Shown: positions 20,775-31,261, counted from the stretch's first letter. The stretch is 64,000 bases of DNA from Dehalococcoidia bacterium (GCA_965219085.1 OZ244720.1:3104001-3168000); one strand, 5' to 3'. Numbers and translations are program-made. The notes: a model not told the origin generated them from the letters alone.

Positions 20775-21539
20775 GTGGCGGCCTCCAGGCCCGGCTTGAG
20801 ACAGCAGAGCACGACGGGGCGAGACCGCGTCGACGTTGGCGACGCCACCATCGAGTACGAGGTGCGGCGCAGCGCCCGCCGGAAGAAGACGGTCGAGATC
20901 ACGGTCGAGGATGGCTCCGTCCGCGTCGCCGCGCCGTCGTCGATGCCGGACCGCGAGCTGCGAGACATCGTTCGGGCGCGAGCTCCGTGGATCCTGCGCC
21001 ACGTGGCCGGGGCGACCCCGGAGACGCCACCGGACCCATTCGTGAGCGGCGGAACGCTGCCATACCTGGGCCGCAACATTCGCATCGTCGTCGAGACCGC
21101 CGAGGCGCCCGCGGTGGAGCTGCGATTCGACCACTCGCGGTTCCGGATCGCGGTGCCGGCGGGCCTCGATGCCGCCGAGCGCGACGCCCAGATCCGGAGC
21201 GCGGCGGTCGCGTGGTACAAGGCTCGCGCTGCCGAGCGGCTGACGGCCTGCGTCGAGCGCTGGTGGCCCCGGCTGGGTCGCGAAGCACCGTCGCGCGTGC
21301 TCGTCCGCGACCAGCGGCGGCGCTGGGGAAGCTGCGCGCATGACGGGACGCTGCGCTTCAGCTGGCGGGTGATGATGCTGGAGCCGGCGCTCATCGAGTA
21401 CGTCGTGGTCCACGAGCTGGCGCACCTCACGGCGCCGAACCACTCGCCCGAGTTCTGGGCCGCAGTCTCTGCCGCGCTGCCTGACGTGCCGGACTTGCGC
21501 CGACGCCTGCGTGAGGTGGGCTCGACACTCCCGCTGTAG
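20775..21539 (+). CDS. YgjP/DUF45-family metal-dependent hydrolase
   Basis: RWGSC, YVVVHELAH, NHSPEFW. Confidence 0.9.
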   Translation: MAASRPGLRQQSTTGRDRVDVGDATIEYEVRRSARRKKTVEITVEDGSVRVAAPSSMPDRELRDIVRARAPWILRHVAGATPETPPDPFVSGGTLPYLGRNIRIVVETAEAPAVELRFDHSRFRIAVPAGLDAAERDAQIRSAAVAWYKARAAERLTACVERWWPRLGREAPSRVLVRDQRRRWGSCAHDGTLRFSWRVMMLEPALIEYVVVHELAHLTAPNHSPEFWAAVSAALPDVPDLRRRLREVGSTLPL

Positions 21540-21694
21540 TCGCCGGGCTGGGACACTCGGACCGGCAACCCCAATCACGAACCGGTTGTGGGGTGGTTTG
21601 CCGAGCAGTCGGTAGCCGCGCCACAGCGTGGGCACTCTGCGGACGAGGCCTGGACCGGAAGACCGCGCCGGCCGAGTAGACATGCAGAGGTTGG

Positions 21695-23190
21695 TTGATG
21701 TTCAGCCCGGTCGTCGTCGTCGTGTTCGTCGCGTACTTCCTGGCGCTCGTCGGCATCGCCGTCGTGCGCGCGCGGCGCATGGACGCCATGTCCGACTACG
21801 TCCTCGGCGGCCGACGCATGAGCAGCTTCACGTCCGGGCTCAGCACGAGCGTGTCGACCACGAGCGGATGGACGATGCTGGCGCTGCCCGCGCTCGCCTT
21901 CACCGAGGGCGCCAACATCCTCTGGCTCGTCGGCTTCCTCGCGGTGGGCGTCTGGCTCAACTGGACGTTCGTCGCCAGGCGGCTGCGGCGCTACACGATC
22001 GCTGCCGAGGACTCGCTGACCGTCCCGGAGTTCTTTGAGCGGCGCTTCGCCCACCGGAGCGGAGCACTGCGCACCGTTGCCGGGTCCTCACGATCTTCTT
22101 CATCGTCTTCTACACCAACTCGGGCCTGATCGCGGGCGCGGACCTGATGGGCTCCGTGTTCGAGATCGACCTCAATCCCGGGATCTGGATCACGCTGTTC
22201 GCGGTCACCTCGTACACGTTCATCGGCGGCTTCCTCGCTGTGTCGCGGACCGACGTATTCCAGGCGGTGCTGATGCTCGCGGGCCTCATCATCGTGCCCA
22301 TCGCGCTGCTCGTGGTTGCCGACGAGCCGTTCCGCGAGGTCGGCGGAGACGCGGGCGGATTCTTCAACCCGTTCACCGACCCCGGCGGCAAGCTCGTGAC
22401 GCCGATGTTCCTCATCGGCCTGGCGGGCTGGGGATGGGCGCCGTTGGCTCGCAGCGCGTGTTGCAGCGCTTCATGGCGGTGGAGAGCGAGGCAAAGATCA
22501 ACGAGAGCCGCAACATCTCGTTCGCCTGGATCGTGGTGATCTACGCGCTCAGCTTCCTGCTCGGGCTGCTCGCCCACCCAGCCCTCGAGGCGGCCGGCGT
22601 GGTGACGACGGATCCCGAGCTGGCCTACTTCGCCGTCGCCGACCACTTCTTCCCGGTGCTGATCGGCGGACTGCTGCTCTCGGCGGTGATGAGCACGGCC
22701 GACTCGCAACTGCTGCTCGGCTCCGCGGCCGCCTCGAACGACCTGCCGTTCGTGCGAGGGGTGAGCGCATCGCTCGATACGCGGGGGCAGGTCTGGCTGG
22801 GGCGCGCCTCGCTCGTCGTCATCGGCGTGCTGTCCGGCCTCCTCACGGTCGCGTTCCCCGACTCGATCCTCAACCTCGTCGCGTACGCGTGGGGCGGGAT
22901 GGGAGCGGCGTTCGGGCCGGTGGTGGTGCTCTCGCTTTACTGGCGACGGTTCAACGCGGCGGGGGCGATGGCCGGGCTCCTGGTCGGGTTCGCGGTGGCC
23001 ACGCTCTGGCAGTTCGGCCTCGAGGGCGGCCCGCAGGGCGTCTTCGACATCATGTCCGGCACGCCGGGGTGCGTCTTCGCCACGATCGCGGCGGTCGTGG
23101 TCACGCTCCGCACCGCGCCGCCGTCCGCGGACGTCGTCGCGACGTTCGACGCGGTCGTCGGACGCGCGGCGTCGAGTCGTTGCCGTGGCT
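21695..23190 (+). pseudogene. putP: Sodium/proline symporter with two frameshifts (~22085, ~22440)
   Basis: DYVLGGR, GGFLAVSRTD, QRFMA, MSTADSQLL, YAWGGMGAAFGP spread over three ORFs. Confidence 0.85.
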
Positions 23191-23195
23191 GGTGG

Positions 23196-23978
23196 CTACG
23201 CCTCGGCGAGCACCGACCGGTCGTAGAGGATGTTGCCGGTGTAGCCGCTCGGCTCCTGCTGGCAGATCCAGACCGTCGCCTCGCCCATGGGGTCGGCGGC
23301 CTCGAAGTTGAGGTCCGGGTTCTCCAGGTCGTTGCCGGCGAAGAGCAGGCCGGGCGTGCGGTACCCGCTCTCCGGCGAGAGCACGTTGACGGCGATGTTG
23401 TCGTCCTGCAGCTCGACGGCCTGCGACTGCGAGAAGTGTTCGAGGCCGGCCTTGATGCCGCCGTAGAGCAGGTCGCCGCCGCGGCGCACCTCGTCGCCGT
23501 AGGGGCCGGGACCGGGCGGGATCGCGCCGCGCGAGGAGATGTTGATGATGTGTCCGCCACCGCCCTCGCGCATGTGCGGGACGACGGCCCGCATCATCAT
23601 GATGTAGCCGATGTAGTTGACCTCGAGGCTGAGGTGGATGTGGCGCTCGCGCGCGCTCTCGATGGTGCCGGGGATGAAGATGGCGGCGTTGTTGACGAGC
23701 ACGTCGATGCGGCCCCACTCCTCGACGACACGCTGGGCGCAGGCCTGGATGCTCTCAGCGTCGCGGAGGTTGAGGACCACCGGCATGGCCGTGCCGCCGG
23801 CCTCGGTGATCGACTCGGTGACCGAGTGGATGGTGCCCGGCAGGCGCGCGTCCTGCACGGTCTCGGTGCGAGCGGCGACGGCGGTCCTGGCGCCGGCAGC
23901 GGCGAGGTGGCGAGCGATATCGGCGCCGATTCCGCGGCTCGCGCCGGCGACGATGGCGACCTTCCCGTCAAGCGACAT
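23196..23978 (-). CDS. SDR-family oxidoreductase
   Basis: GASRGIG, NNAA, YGGIK. Confidence 0.9.
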   Translation of the reverse strand: MSLDGKVAIVAGASRGIGADIARHLAAAGARTAVAARTETVQDARLPGTIHSVTESITEAGGTAMPVVLNLRDAESIQACAQRVVEEWGRIDVLVNNAAIFIPGTIESARERHIHLSLEVNYIGYIMMMRAVVPHMREGGGGHIINISSRGAIPPGPGPYGDEVRRGGDLLYGGIKAGLEHFSQSQAVELQDDNIAVNVLSPESGYRTPGLLFAGNDLENPDLNFEAADPMGEATVWICQQEPSGYTGNILYDRSVLAEA

Positions 23979-24208
23979 GTGATCCTCCTCGGGTGCGTCG
24001 AGGCGCGATGGTTCGCCGCGCCTCGGGTGAATGTCCGCGTCGGCTGGCGAGTCTAGCCCGATCCAGTCGCCAGCACACCTTCGACGTGCAGCGATGGGCG
24101 CGTCTGATAGCTTGGATGCAGCTCGCAACGCGCGTCTGGAGTTCACCCGTGTCCGCATCAACCCGTCCGCCGCGACCTCGAGACCGTAGTCGCGAGCCCT
24201 GGTGGGAG

Positions 24209-24337
24209 TCGCTGCCCGACACGTCGTCCCCTGCATTCGCCGCCGAGGCGCGTCGACAATCGCTTATGGCCGCGAACAGCGCGTATGCCGAGAGTGATCA
24301 GGCGTTCGTTGACTCGATCTCCGACTGGCCTGACTGA
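24209..24337 (+). pseudogene. DUF3018/MazE-like antitoxin C-terminal remnant
   Basis: PDTSSPAFAAEARRQS...DQAFVDSISDW; expected N-terminus absent. Confidence 0.55.
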
Positions 24338-24384
24338 GGCGCATCCAACACCCCGCACCTACCACCATCCCCTACACTCCCCCC

Positions 24385-25764
24385 ATGACCCCCACCGGCA
24401 GGCAGCCGCGACGACGCGGCGATGCGCCGCCCGGGCTCCAACGCGACCTCTTCACCGGCGACGAGCCCCGCCTCCCCGAGGGCGCCGTCGGCGACGCGCG
24501 GCGTGGCTCCGCCCCGCTCGCCACGCGCCAGCGCCCCAGGGACCTCGACGACTTCGTGGGACAGGAGGCGGTGGTCGGGCCGGGGAGTCCGCTGCGAGGG
24601 ATGATCGAGCGCGACGAGACGCCCTCGCTCGTGCTCTGGGGGCCACCCGGCTCCGGGAAGACGACGCTCGCCGCCATCATCGCGCGGCGCACGCAGCGCT
24701 ACTTCGAGCCCCTGTCCGCCGTCGACGCCGGCGTCGCTGACATCCGGCGCGTCGTCGCCGAGGCGCGGCAGCGGCGTTCGGTGGGCGGCGTCGAGACCAT
24801 CTTGTTCATCGATGAACTGCACCGCTTCAACCGCGCGCAGCAGGACCACGTGCTCCCCCACGTCGAGGACGGCACGGTTACGTTCATCGGCGCGACGACG
24901 GAGAACCCGTCGTTTTATGTCGTGGCTCCGCTGATCTCGCGCGCGCGCGTGTTCAAGCTCGAACTGCTCTCCGACGACGACCTCCGCACGATCGTGACGC
25001 GCGCGCTCGAACGCGACGCGCAGCTCGGCGAACTCGACCTCGACGTAGCGGACGACGGGATCGACGCTATCGTCCGGCTCGCGGGCGGCGACGCGCGCGC
25101 GGCGCTCAACCTGCTCGAGCTCGCGGCTACCTCAACGCGGCCCGGCGCAGACGGCGTGCGTCATGTGACGCGCGAGGTGGTTGAGGCCACCGGACAGCGC
25201 CCGACGGTGCTCTACGACCGCGCGGGCGACGCCCACTACGACCACATCTCCGCCTACATCAAGTCGGTCCGCGACTCCGACCCGGACGGGGCGCTCTACT
25301 GGCTCGCGCGCATGCTCGAGGCCGGCGAGGACCCGCTGTTCGTGGCGCGACGGATGGTGATCCTCGCCGCCGAGGACGTCGGGCTCGCCGACCCGCAGGC
25401 GCTCGTCGTCGCGGTGTCGGGGCAGCAGGCGGCGCATTTCCTCGGCATGCCGGAGGCGCGCCTGCCGCTCGCCGAGGTGACCGTGTACCTCGCCCGCGCG
25501 CCGAAGTCGAACTCGGCCTACGCGGCCTACACGCGCGCCGCCGCCGATGTCGAGCGCACCCGCAACGACCCCGTGCCGGTGCACCTCCGCAATGCCGCCA
25601 CCAACCTCATGCGCGACTTCGGCTACGGCGGGGGCTACCGCTACGCGCACGACTTTGAGGGACACGTCGTCCCCGACCAGACGCACCGCCCGCCCTCGGC
25701 CGAGGCGAACGTCTACTACGAGCCGGGCATGCTCGGCGACGAGGCGAGGCCGCGCGACGCGTAG
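24385..25764 (+). CDS. rarA: Replication-associated recombination protein A
   Basis: PLA..RP, GPPGSGKTT, DELHRFN, ATTENP, SDPDGA, EDVGLAD, PKSNS. Confidence 0.95.
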   Translation: MTPTGRQPRRRGDAPPGLQRDLFTGDEPRLPEGAVGDARRGSAPLATRQRPRDLDDFVGQEAVVGPGSPLRGMIERDETPSLVLWGPPGSGKTTLAAIIARRTQRYFEPLSAVDAGVADIRRVVAEARQRRSVGGVETILFIDELHRFNRAQQDHVLPHVEDGTVTFIGATTENPSFYVVAPLISRARVFKLELLSDDDLRTIVTRALERDAQLGELDLDVADDGIDAIVRLAGGDARAALNLLELAATSTRPGADGVRHVTREVVEATGQRPTVLYDRAGDAHYDHISAYIKSVRDSDPDGALYWLARMLEAGEDPLFVARRMVILAAEDVGLADPQALVVAVSGQQAAHFLGMPEARLPLAEVTVYLARAPKSNSAYAAYTRAAADVERTRNDPVPVHLRNAATNLMRDFGYGGGYRYAHDFEGHVVPDQTHRPPSAEANVYYEPGMLGDEARPRDA

Positions 25765-25765
25765 C

Positions 25766-26881
25766 TCAGGCTGCCTCGCCCCCACCGAGGATCGCCGGTG
25801 GCATGGCCGCCTCGAAGGCTGCTTGCTCGGCGCGCCGCCGCGCGATCTCGTCGGGCGCGGGGACAGCTCCGCCCTCCAGCGCCGCGATCAGTTCGGCGCG
25901 AGCAAGGGAGAAGACATCGCCGGCCTCGTGGAGCGCACCGCGAGCCTTGAGGTGCTCGCCGAGCCGCAGCCACATCCGCCGCCCGGCCGCCACGAGGCGC
26001 TCGGTGGGCTCCTCCAATGCAGCGAGGGCGAGCGCGTGCTCCAGCGCCGCCGGCAGCAGCGCCATGAGGTTCGCGACCGCCGGATCGCTCGCCGAGGCAG
26101 CGATCTCTGCCGTGGCCGCCCGACGCTGCGCAAGGCGCGCCCGCTGCACGTCGGGTGGGCTCGGCGTGTCTGGCAGCGCGGCCGCCTCGCGGATGGCGCG
26201 CGTGAGCATGGCTCGGTTCTCGCGCCATGAGGGCACGTCCTGGCGGTAGCCCGGCGTCGTGTCGCCGAAGTCACGCTGTGCGCGCTCGAGCCCCTGCATG
26301 TACTCGCGCTGGCCGCCCGTCGGCCCGAAGGTTTGCGAGAGCCTGCTGCCCTGGCTGCGCAGCAGCCGGCTCATCTCCCAGACGGCGATCGCGCGCCGCG
26401 ACTCCCGCGACGGGATCGCCTCGATGAGCGCCCGCGCGTCGTCGCGACGCCCCTCGCCGAAGTGCGTCGCGAACGCGTCCGTGAGCGCCGCGGCCGCGCG
26501 CCCGGTCGGGCCAAGGATGTCGCGACGCATGCGCTGAGAGATGGCCGCCCACTCGTCGATGCGGGCGCCGAGCGCGGCAGCCCACCCACGCTCGCCGACC
26601 GCGCCCGGCTCGAGGCCATCCAGGGCGAGGGCAAGCGCCTCGACGCGCGGCAGCCACTCCTCCTCCAGTCGGTCGAGGGTCGTGGCGCCTCCACCGTCGC
26701 CGTCGTCCTCGTCGCGAAGATACATGTAGCCGCCGACTGCTACGGCGTCGTCGCCGAGCATCTCGGCGTAGAGCTCGGCGATCAGCGGCGGGTGGGACTG
26801 CGGGTCGCGCTCGCAGGCGAGACGCCAGCGGTCTGCCGCCAGGGCGGGATCAGGCAACTCGAACGAGACCTCGACGCTCAT
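25766..26881 (-). CDS. Helical protein resembling the central domain of PEP-utilising dikinase/rifampin phosphotransferase-like enzymes
   Basis: PSWREN, LRLGEHL..RG.L....DVFSL...EL, PP.ILG; no ATP-grasp or His domain. Confidence 0.5.
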   Translation of the reverse strand: MSVEVSFELPDPALAADRWRLACERDPQSHPPLIAELYAEMLGDDAVAVGGYMYLRDEDDGDGGGATTLDRLEEEWLPRVEALALALDGLEPGAVGERGWAAALGARIDEWAAISQRMRRDILGPTGRAAAALTDAFATHFGEGRRDDARALIEAIPSRESRRAIAVWEMSRLLRSQGSRLSQTFGPTGGQREYMQGLERAQRDFGDTTPGYRQDVPSWRENRAMLTRAIREAAALPDTPSPPDVQRARLAQRRAATAEIAASASDPAVANLMALLPAALEHALALAALEEPTERLVAAGRRMWLRLGEHLKARGALHEAGDVFSLARAELIAALEGGAVPAPDEIARRRAEQAAFEAAMPPAILGGGEAA

Positions 26882-27052
26882 CCTGGCTCCAGGCTTCCGG
26901 CCACCGTCGGCCGCTGCACGCGTGCTCGCGCCATGCTAATGCGGTCGGGCGCACAACGGGAGCATCGCGCACAGGCATCCGCCGCCCCGGCGGTGATACC
27001 CTCCGCAATGCGTATCGTGACTGACGACACAGAACGCACGGGCGAGGTGGAA

Positions 27053-28267
27053 ATGACGACATCGGATGCGGGGGCCCTCCAGCTCGGTGCTCCGGAGCGG
27101 GTGAGCACCGTCGAGGCGATCGACGAGTTCCGGCGGGGGCGTCCCGTCATCATCGTCGACGACGAGGGCCGCGAGAACGAGGGCGATCTGTGCATCCCCG
27201 CGCAGTTCATCGATACGCAGATGGTCGCGTTCATGACGACCCGCGCGCGCGGCCTCGTCTGTGTCGCCATGGGCGGCGAGCGCCTCGACGCGATGAACGT
27301 GCCGCTGATGACCGGCCGCAACACGTCGCCGCTGTCGAAGCAGTTCACCGTCTCCGTCGAGGCCCGCGACGGTGTCTCCACCGGAGCATCGGCCGCCGAC
27401 CGCGCCCGCACGATCCAGGTCCTCGTCGACCCCAACTCGACGCCCGAACTGCTGACGCGGCCCGGCCACATCTTCCCGCTGCGCGCCCGCGACGGCGGGG
27501 TACTCGTGCGCGCGGGACACACCGAGGCGTCCGTGGATCTGGCTCGGCTCGCCGGCTGCACGCCCGCGGCCGTCATCTGCGAAATGCTGCAGGACGACGG
27601 CTCCGTCGCGCGCACACCGGACCTCATCGCGTTCGCGCGCGAGCACGACCTCAAGATCGTCACCGTCAACGACGTGATCGCGCACCGTCTGCGCACCGAC
27701 ACGCTCATCGAGCGCGTCACCGAGGCAGACCTGCCGAGCCGCTTCGGCGACTTCACGGCGGTCGGCTACCGCACCCTCATCGACACCCGCGAGCACATCG
27801 CCTTCGTGCTCGGGGACATCACCACGCCCGAGCCGGTGCTCGTCCGCGTCCACGACCAATGCGTGACCGGCGACGTGTTCCGCTCGCTAAGCTGTGACTG
27901 TGGTTACCAGTTGCGCGCCTCGATGGACCTCGTGCGTGAGGCGGGCCGGGGGGTCGTTGTGTACCTCTACCAGCAGGGGCGCGCCGTGGGTCTGCACCAG
28001 AAGGGCATTCAGCCCGCCGCGGCGGGTGACGGCGAGGCCATGGCGCCGATCGAGGCGCTTGGCCTGCCCGACTACGGGATCGGCATGCAAATCCTCGTCG
28101 ACCTGGGCGTGCGGCGGATGCGGCTCATCACCGACAACCCCGTGAAGCGCTCCGGTCTGGACGCATACGGGCTTGAGATCTCCGAACTCGTACCCCTCGC
28201 CGAGCGGACGCGCGAGCAGCGCGAGGAAGCGCTCAGCGCCGCCCGTGGAGACGACGAGGGCGCGTAG
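27053..28267 (+). CDS. ribBA: DHBP synthase fused to a degenerate GTP cyclohydrolase II domain
   Basis: DDEGRENEGD, RPGHIFP, RAGHTE, ICE; VRVHDQC..CDC. Confidence 0.88.
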   Translation: MTTSDAGALQLGAPERVSTVEAIDEFRRGRPVIIVDDEGRENEGDLCIPAQFIDTQMVAFMTTRARGLVCVAMGGERLDAMNVPLMTGRNTSPLSKQFTVSVEARDGVSTGASAADRARTIQVLVDPNSTPELLTRPGHIFPLRARDGGVLVRAGHTEASVDLARLAGCTPAAVICEMLQDDGSVARTPDLIAFAREHDLKIVTVNDVIAHRLRTDTLIERVTEADLPSRFGDFTAVGYRTLIDTREHIAFVLGDITTPEPVLVRVHDQCVTGDVFRSLSCDCGYQLRASMDLVREAGRGVVVYLYQQGRAVGLHQKGIQPAAAGDGEAMAPIEALGLPDYGIGMQILVDLGVRRMRLITDNPVKRSGLDAYGLEISELVPLAERTREQREEALSAARGDDEGA

Positions 28268-28343
28268 CACCGTAGTGCCACGCGCCCGCATGCGTCTCGG
28301 CTGCGCTGGCAGACGCCCGCGCGCCGGGATCAGTCGACCTGCA

Positions 28344-28862
28344 TCAGTCGATCAGCGCCGCGATCACCTCGTCGATGACGGCGTCCGCCTTCGCGTGCAA
28401 CTCGTCGTCCGTCGCATCCTGGATCGGGTGCTGGACGAACGCGCGCTGCATCGCAGGCAGACCGAGTGAGACGGCCTGGGCCTCGGCGGCGTCGACGAAC
28501 TCGTTCGAGGCCATCATCACCGAGGGCATGCCCTGAATCTCGAACCAGACTGTGTCGTGCACACTGCACGTCGTACACGACCCTCAGTCGGCAAGCGCTT
28601 CGATGACGAAGTCCACCTCCTCCATCATCTGGCGCCGCAGCGGCTCTGGCGCGGGCTTCGCGAAGGTCGGCTTCATGTAGCGCTTCACGCTCACCTCGGG
28701 CAGCCGCTCGCCTATCAGCATCTCGATGCGGTCGAGCAGGACGTCGCCCTTTGGCTTGCTGATGTCGAGCAGCCCAACCGTCCCGGTGATGTGCTCGGGC
28801 CGCTCCGTGAGCTGCCGTCCAATCGGTTCCCGTTCGTCCGTCGGGTCAAGAATCGTCGTCAT
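28344..28862 (-). CDS. UGSC-motif selenoprotein (in-frame TGA at 28584-28586 read as Sec)
   Basis: ORFs 28584..28862 and 28344..28562 share a frame; readthrough gives EALAD-U-GSCTTCSVHD; hairpin directly after the TGA. Confidence 0.85.
28551..28583 (-). promoter_or_regulatory. Putative bacterial SECIS hairpin
   Basis: After UGA: CGTGCA-GTG-TGCACG stem with a G-first loop ~19 nt downstream; alternative stem GTCGTGTAC/GTGCACGAC. Confidence 0.65.
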
Positions 28863-30430
28863 ACGACCTCCTCGATCTTCCTGTTGTCCAATCCGCTCGC
28901 CCAGCCCGGGAAGATCGAAGTGAACTTCCCGGCCCCACTACCGGCCACGACGATGTGGATGCGGTCGGGCGATTCGAACTTTGGTATGAGTTCGTCGAGC
29001 TGCGCATCGCTTGGTCCGTTCGGGCCAAAGCTCTCCGGCGGGATCCCCGCCCCGGCGCGCTCGTCGATCAGAAGCTCGCGCACCGGCCGGTGCGTGAGCT
29101 CCCACAGCCGCCGCTGCAGGTCGGTGCGCGTCCAACCATCGCGCGCGATGGTGTCGACGTGTTCGGGGCAGATCACCATCAGCACCTCGCCCGACCTCGA
29201 CCGCGGGTGGCTGATTGCCTGGAGCGACATCGCGAGGCTGCCCGCAAGCCCCTCGGCGGTACGCGACGTCTGGTCGACGCTCACCAGCGGCCCGGGCGAC
29301 GCGGGGAATACGGAGACCACGCTGTCCGCGGCGTCGTAGCCGTGCTCGACGTGGAACGGCTTCCAGGGACTGCGTTCTTCCCGTTCGGCGAACGCCAGCG
29401 TGAACTTCGCCGGGGATCCGAGCATCGAGCGTTCGGTGCCGCCGGGCTTCGCCCCGCCGACGTTGCGCAGCACGAGCCGCACGGCGCGCCCGATCGTTGC
29501 GTTCGCGCGGTTGCCTTGCCCGAGCGCGCCCAGTCCGGAGTTCATCCCGATGCGGTCGCGGATCGGGCCGTTGACGATCACCGCCGGCGAGGCGCCCATC
29601 GTCGTGGCCATCACGCCGTGCGCGTTGAACTGCTCGGTGCACACGGCTTCGACGGCGGCGATCACGACCGGCAGGTACTCGGGCTTGCAGCCGGCGAGCA
29701 CTGCGTTGATCGCGATCTTCTCGATGGTCGCCTCGCCCATATTCGGCGGGACGATGGCCACCACCTCCTGCGCGTCGCGACGGGTGCCGCCCAGCATCCG
29801 CAGTACGCGTTCCGGACTCGGCGCCACCACGGGCAGCCCGTCGGTGAAGCCCTGGTCGAACATGAACTCGTCGACGTCGTCGGCGCTGCCGACCTCGATG
29901 CGCCGCGCGCGCAGCGGGCTACCCTCGGCCTCCGCGGCGAGCCGCTCGGCGATGCCGGGCTCAAGGGTCCGCGAGCCGCAGCCGGGCTGCGAGACCGGGT
30001 AGCGCTCCCAGTCCACGTCGCCCGCGTCGGCGTCCGTGAGGTCCGCGAGCCTGCCGTACAGCATGCGCCAGTCCTCGCGGCCGAATCCGACGAAGCGGTC
30101 GACCTCGGCGCCGTCGGCGTCGGTCAGGATCACGGTCGGCACCGTCTCGAGGTCGTAGCGGTACGAGACATCGAGCTCGGAGTCGTCGAGTAACGGTAAC
30201 GTCAGCGCGTGGCGGTCGACGAGGATCGCGTTGCCCTCGGTATCCTGGCCGATCGCCAGCACGTCGACCTCGCCGCCGAAGGCGCGATGCGCGCCCTCGA
30301 TCAGCGGCATCGAAGTGCCGCACGTGGGGCAGTCTTCCTTGACGAAGGCGAGGAGCGTCGGGCGGCCGGTCGGGAACGCACGCTCCTCGCTGCGTTGGTC
30401 GCGCAATGCGAAGCCAGGCAGTTCGGTCAC
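28859..30430 (-). CDS. Thioredoxin/AhpC-like domain fused to a large uncharacterised domain
   Basis: KEDCPTC, TVP cis-Pro loop, PGCGS; TDGLPVV..P, AINAVLAGC.PEY, RANATIGRA; 4-nt overlap with the UGSC gene. Confidence 0.75.
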   Translation of the reverse strand: MTELPGFALRDQRSEERAFPTGRPTLLAFVKEDCPTCGTSMPLIEGAHRAFGGEVDVLAIGQDTEGNAILVDRHALTLPLLDDSELDVSYRYDLETVPTVILTDADGAEVDRFVGFGREDWRMLYGRLADLTDADAGDVDWERYPVSQPGCGSRTLEPGIAERLAAEAEGSPLRARRIEVGSADDVDEFMFDQGFTDGLPVVAPSPERVLRMLGGTRRDAQEVVAIVPPNMGEATIEKIAINAVLAGCKPEYLPVVIAAVEAVCTEQFNAHGVMATTMGASPAVIVNGPIRDRIGMNSGLGALGQGNRANATIGRAVRLVLRNVGGAKPGGTERSMLGSPAKFTLAFAEREERSPWKPFHVEHGYDAADSVVSVFPASPGPLVSVDQTSRTAEGLAGSLAMSLQAISHPRSRSGEVLMVICPEHVDTIARDGWTRTDLQRRLWELTHRPVRELLIDERAGAGIPPESFGPNGPSDAQLDELIPKFESPDRIHIVVAGSGAGKFTSIFPGWASGLDNRKIEEVV

Positions 30431-30506
30431 GGCGACCTCCTTACCGACACCATCCCGTCCGCGTGCATTCTAACCATGTTGGGGAAGGCGCGTGGCGGCG
30501 TCGGGT

Positions 30507-30911
30507 TCAGGTGGTCGCGTCGAGGCGATCGAGCTGGCCCGGCCAGTCGAGGAGTCGGCGGTCCGCGGTCAGGAGTTGGCAGTCGGGGATGGTGAGGGCG
30601 GTAGCGGTGATGATCCGGTCCCCAGGGTCGCCGTGCATGCCCGGGATCAACCCCGCCCGCGCCGCGATTTCCCCGCTGACGGGGACCTCGATGAGACCGT
30701 CGGAGAGGAGTTCGGCGCGCCACCGGTGGACGTCGATGTCGACGTCGAGCCGCTCCTTGCTGACGAGCATAGCCACCTCCCAGAACGTCAGAGTCGACAC
30801 CGCGGCCTCACCGGCCGGCCACACTCGATCGAGTATCGAGCGAGTGCGCCGGCCAAGCTGCGGTCTGTCGAGGCGCAACCAGAGCAGGACGTGCGTGTCG
30901 AGCAGGATCAC
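30507..30911 (-). CDS. vapC: VapC PIN-domain toxin
   Basis: ILLDTHVLLW, WEVA, HGDPGDRII, LLTAD. Confidence 0.92.
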   Translation of the reverse strand: MILLDTHVLLWLRLDRPQLGRRTRSILDRVWPAGEAAVSTLTFWEVAMLVSKERLDVDIDVHRWRAELLSDGLIEVPVSGEIAARAGLIPGMHGDPGDRIITATALTIPDCQLLTADRRLLDWPGQLDRLDATT

Positions 30912-31219
30912 TGGTACTGCGGCAGATCGGGGTTGAGCACGCGATCCGGGTCAGCGAGGACGTCTACCTCCTCCTCGTCGATTGGGCTGATGATGTCACC
31001 GAGGATGCGCATCCGACCCTTGTCGGCGCCCCACGGCGCCTTGAGCGGCTGCTGATACGGCGTCAACTTCGCCACCGGTTTCCCCCGTTTCGTGATGATG
31101 ATCTCCTGCCCCGTCTCGGCGACTTCGTCCATGAGTCGCAGGCACGTCGCCTTGAACTCGGACGCCTTGATGTAGCGCGCCGTGCTGTACACGCCGACGA
31201 GTTCGCGTACCTCAGCCAT
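30908..31219 (-). CDS. Phd/YefM-family antitoxin
   Basis: ASEFKA.CL.LMDEV, IITKRGKPVA; overlaps the vapC start. Confidence 0.9.
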   Translation of the reverse strand: MAEVRELVGVYSTARYIKASEFKATCLRLMDEVAETGQEIIITKRGKPVAKLTPYQQPLKAPWGADKGRMRILGDIISPIDEEEVDVLADPDRVLNPDLPQYQ

Positions 31220-31240
31220 GGCGACCTCCTCTCCTCACGA

Positions 31241-31261
31241 ACCATGGTCATGACTATAGTC
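31241..31261 (-). promoter_or_regulatory. Putative Phd operator
   Basis: Tandem palindromes ACCATGGT and GACTATAGTC upstream of the antitoxin. Confidence 0.55.

Noticed and set aside
22035-24056. 673-aa PutP fusion protein
   Set aside because: The extension is the antisense frame of the SDR gene, caused by the missing putP stop.
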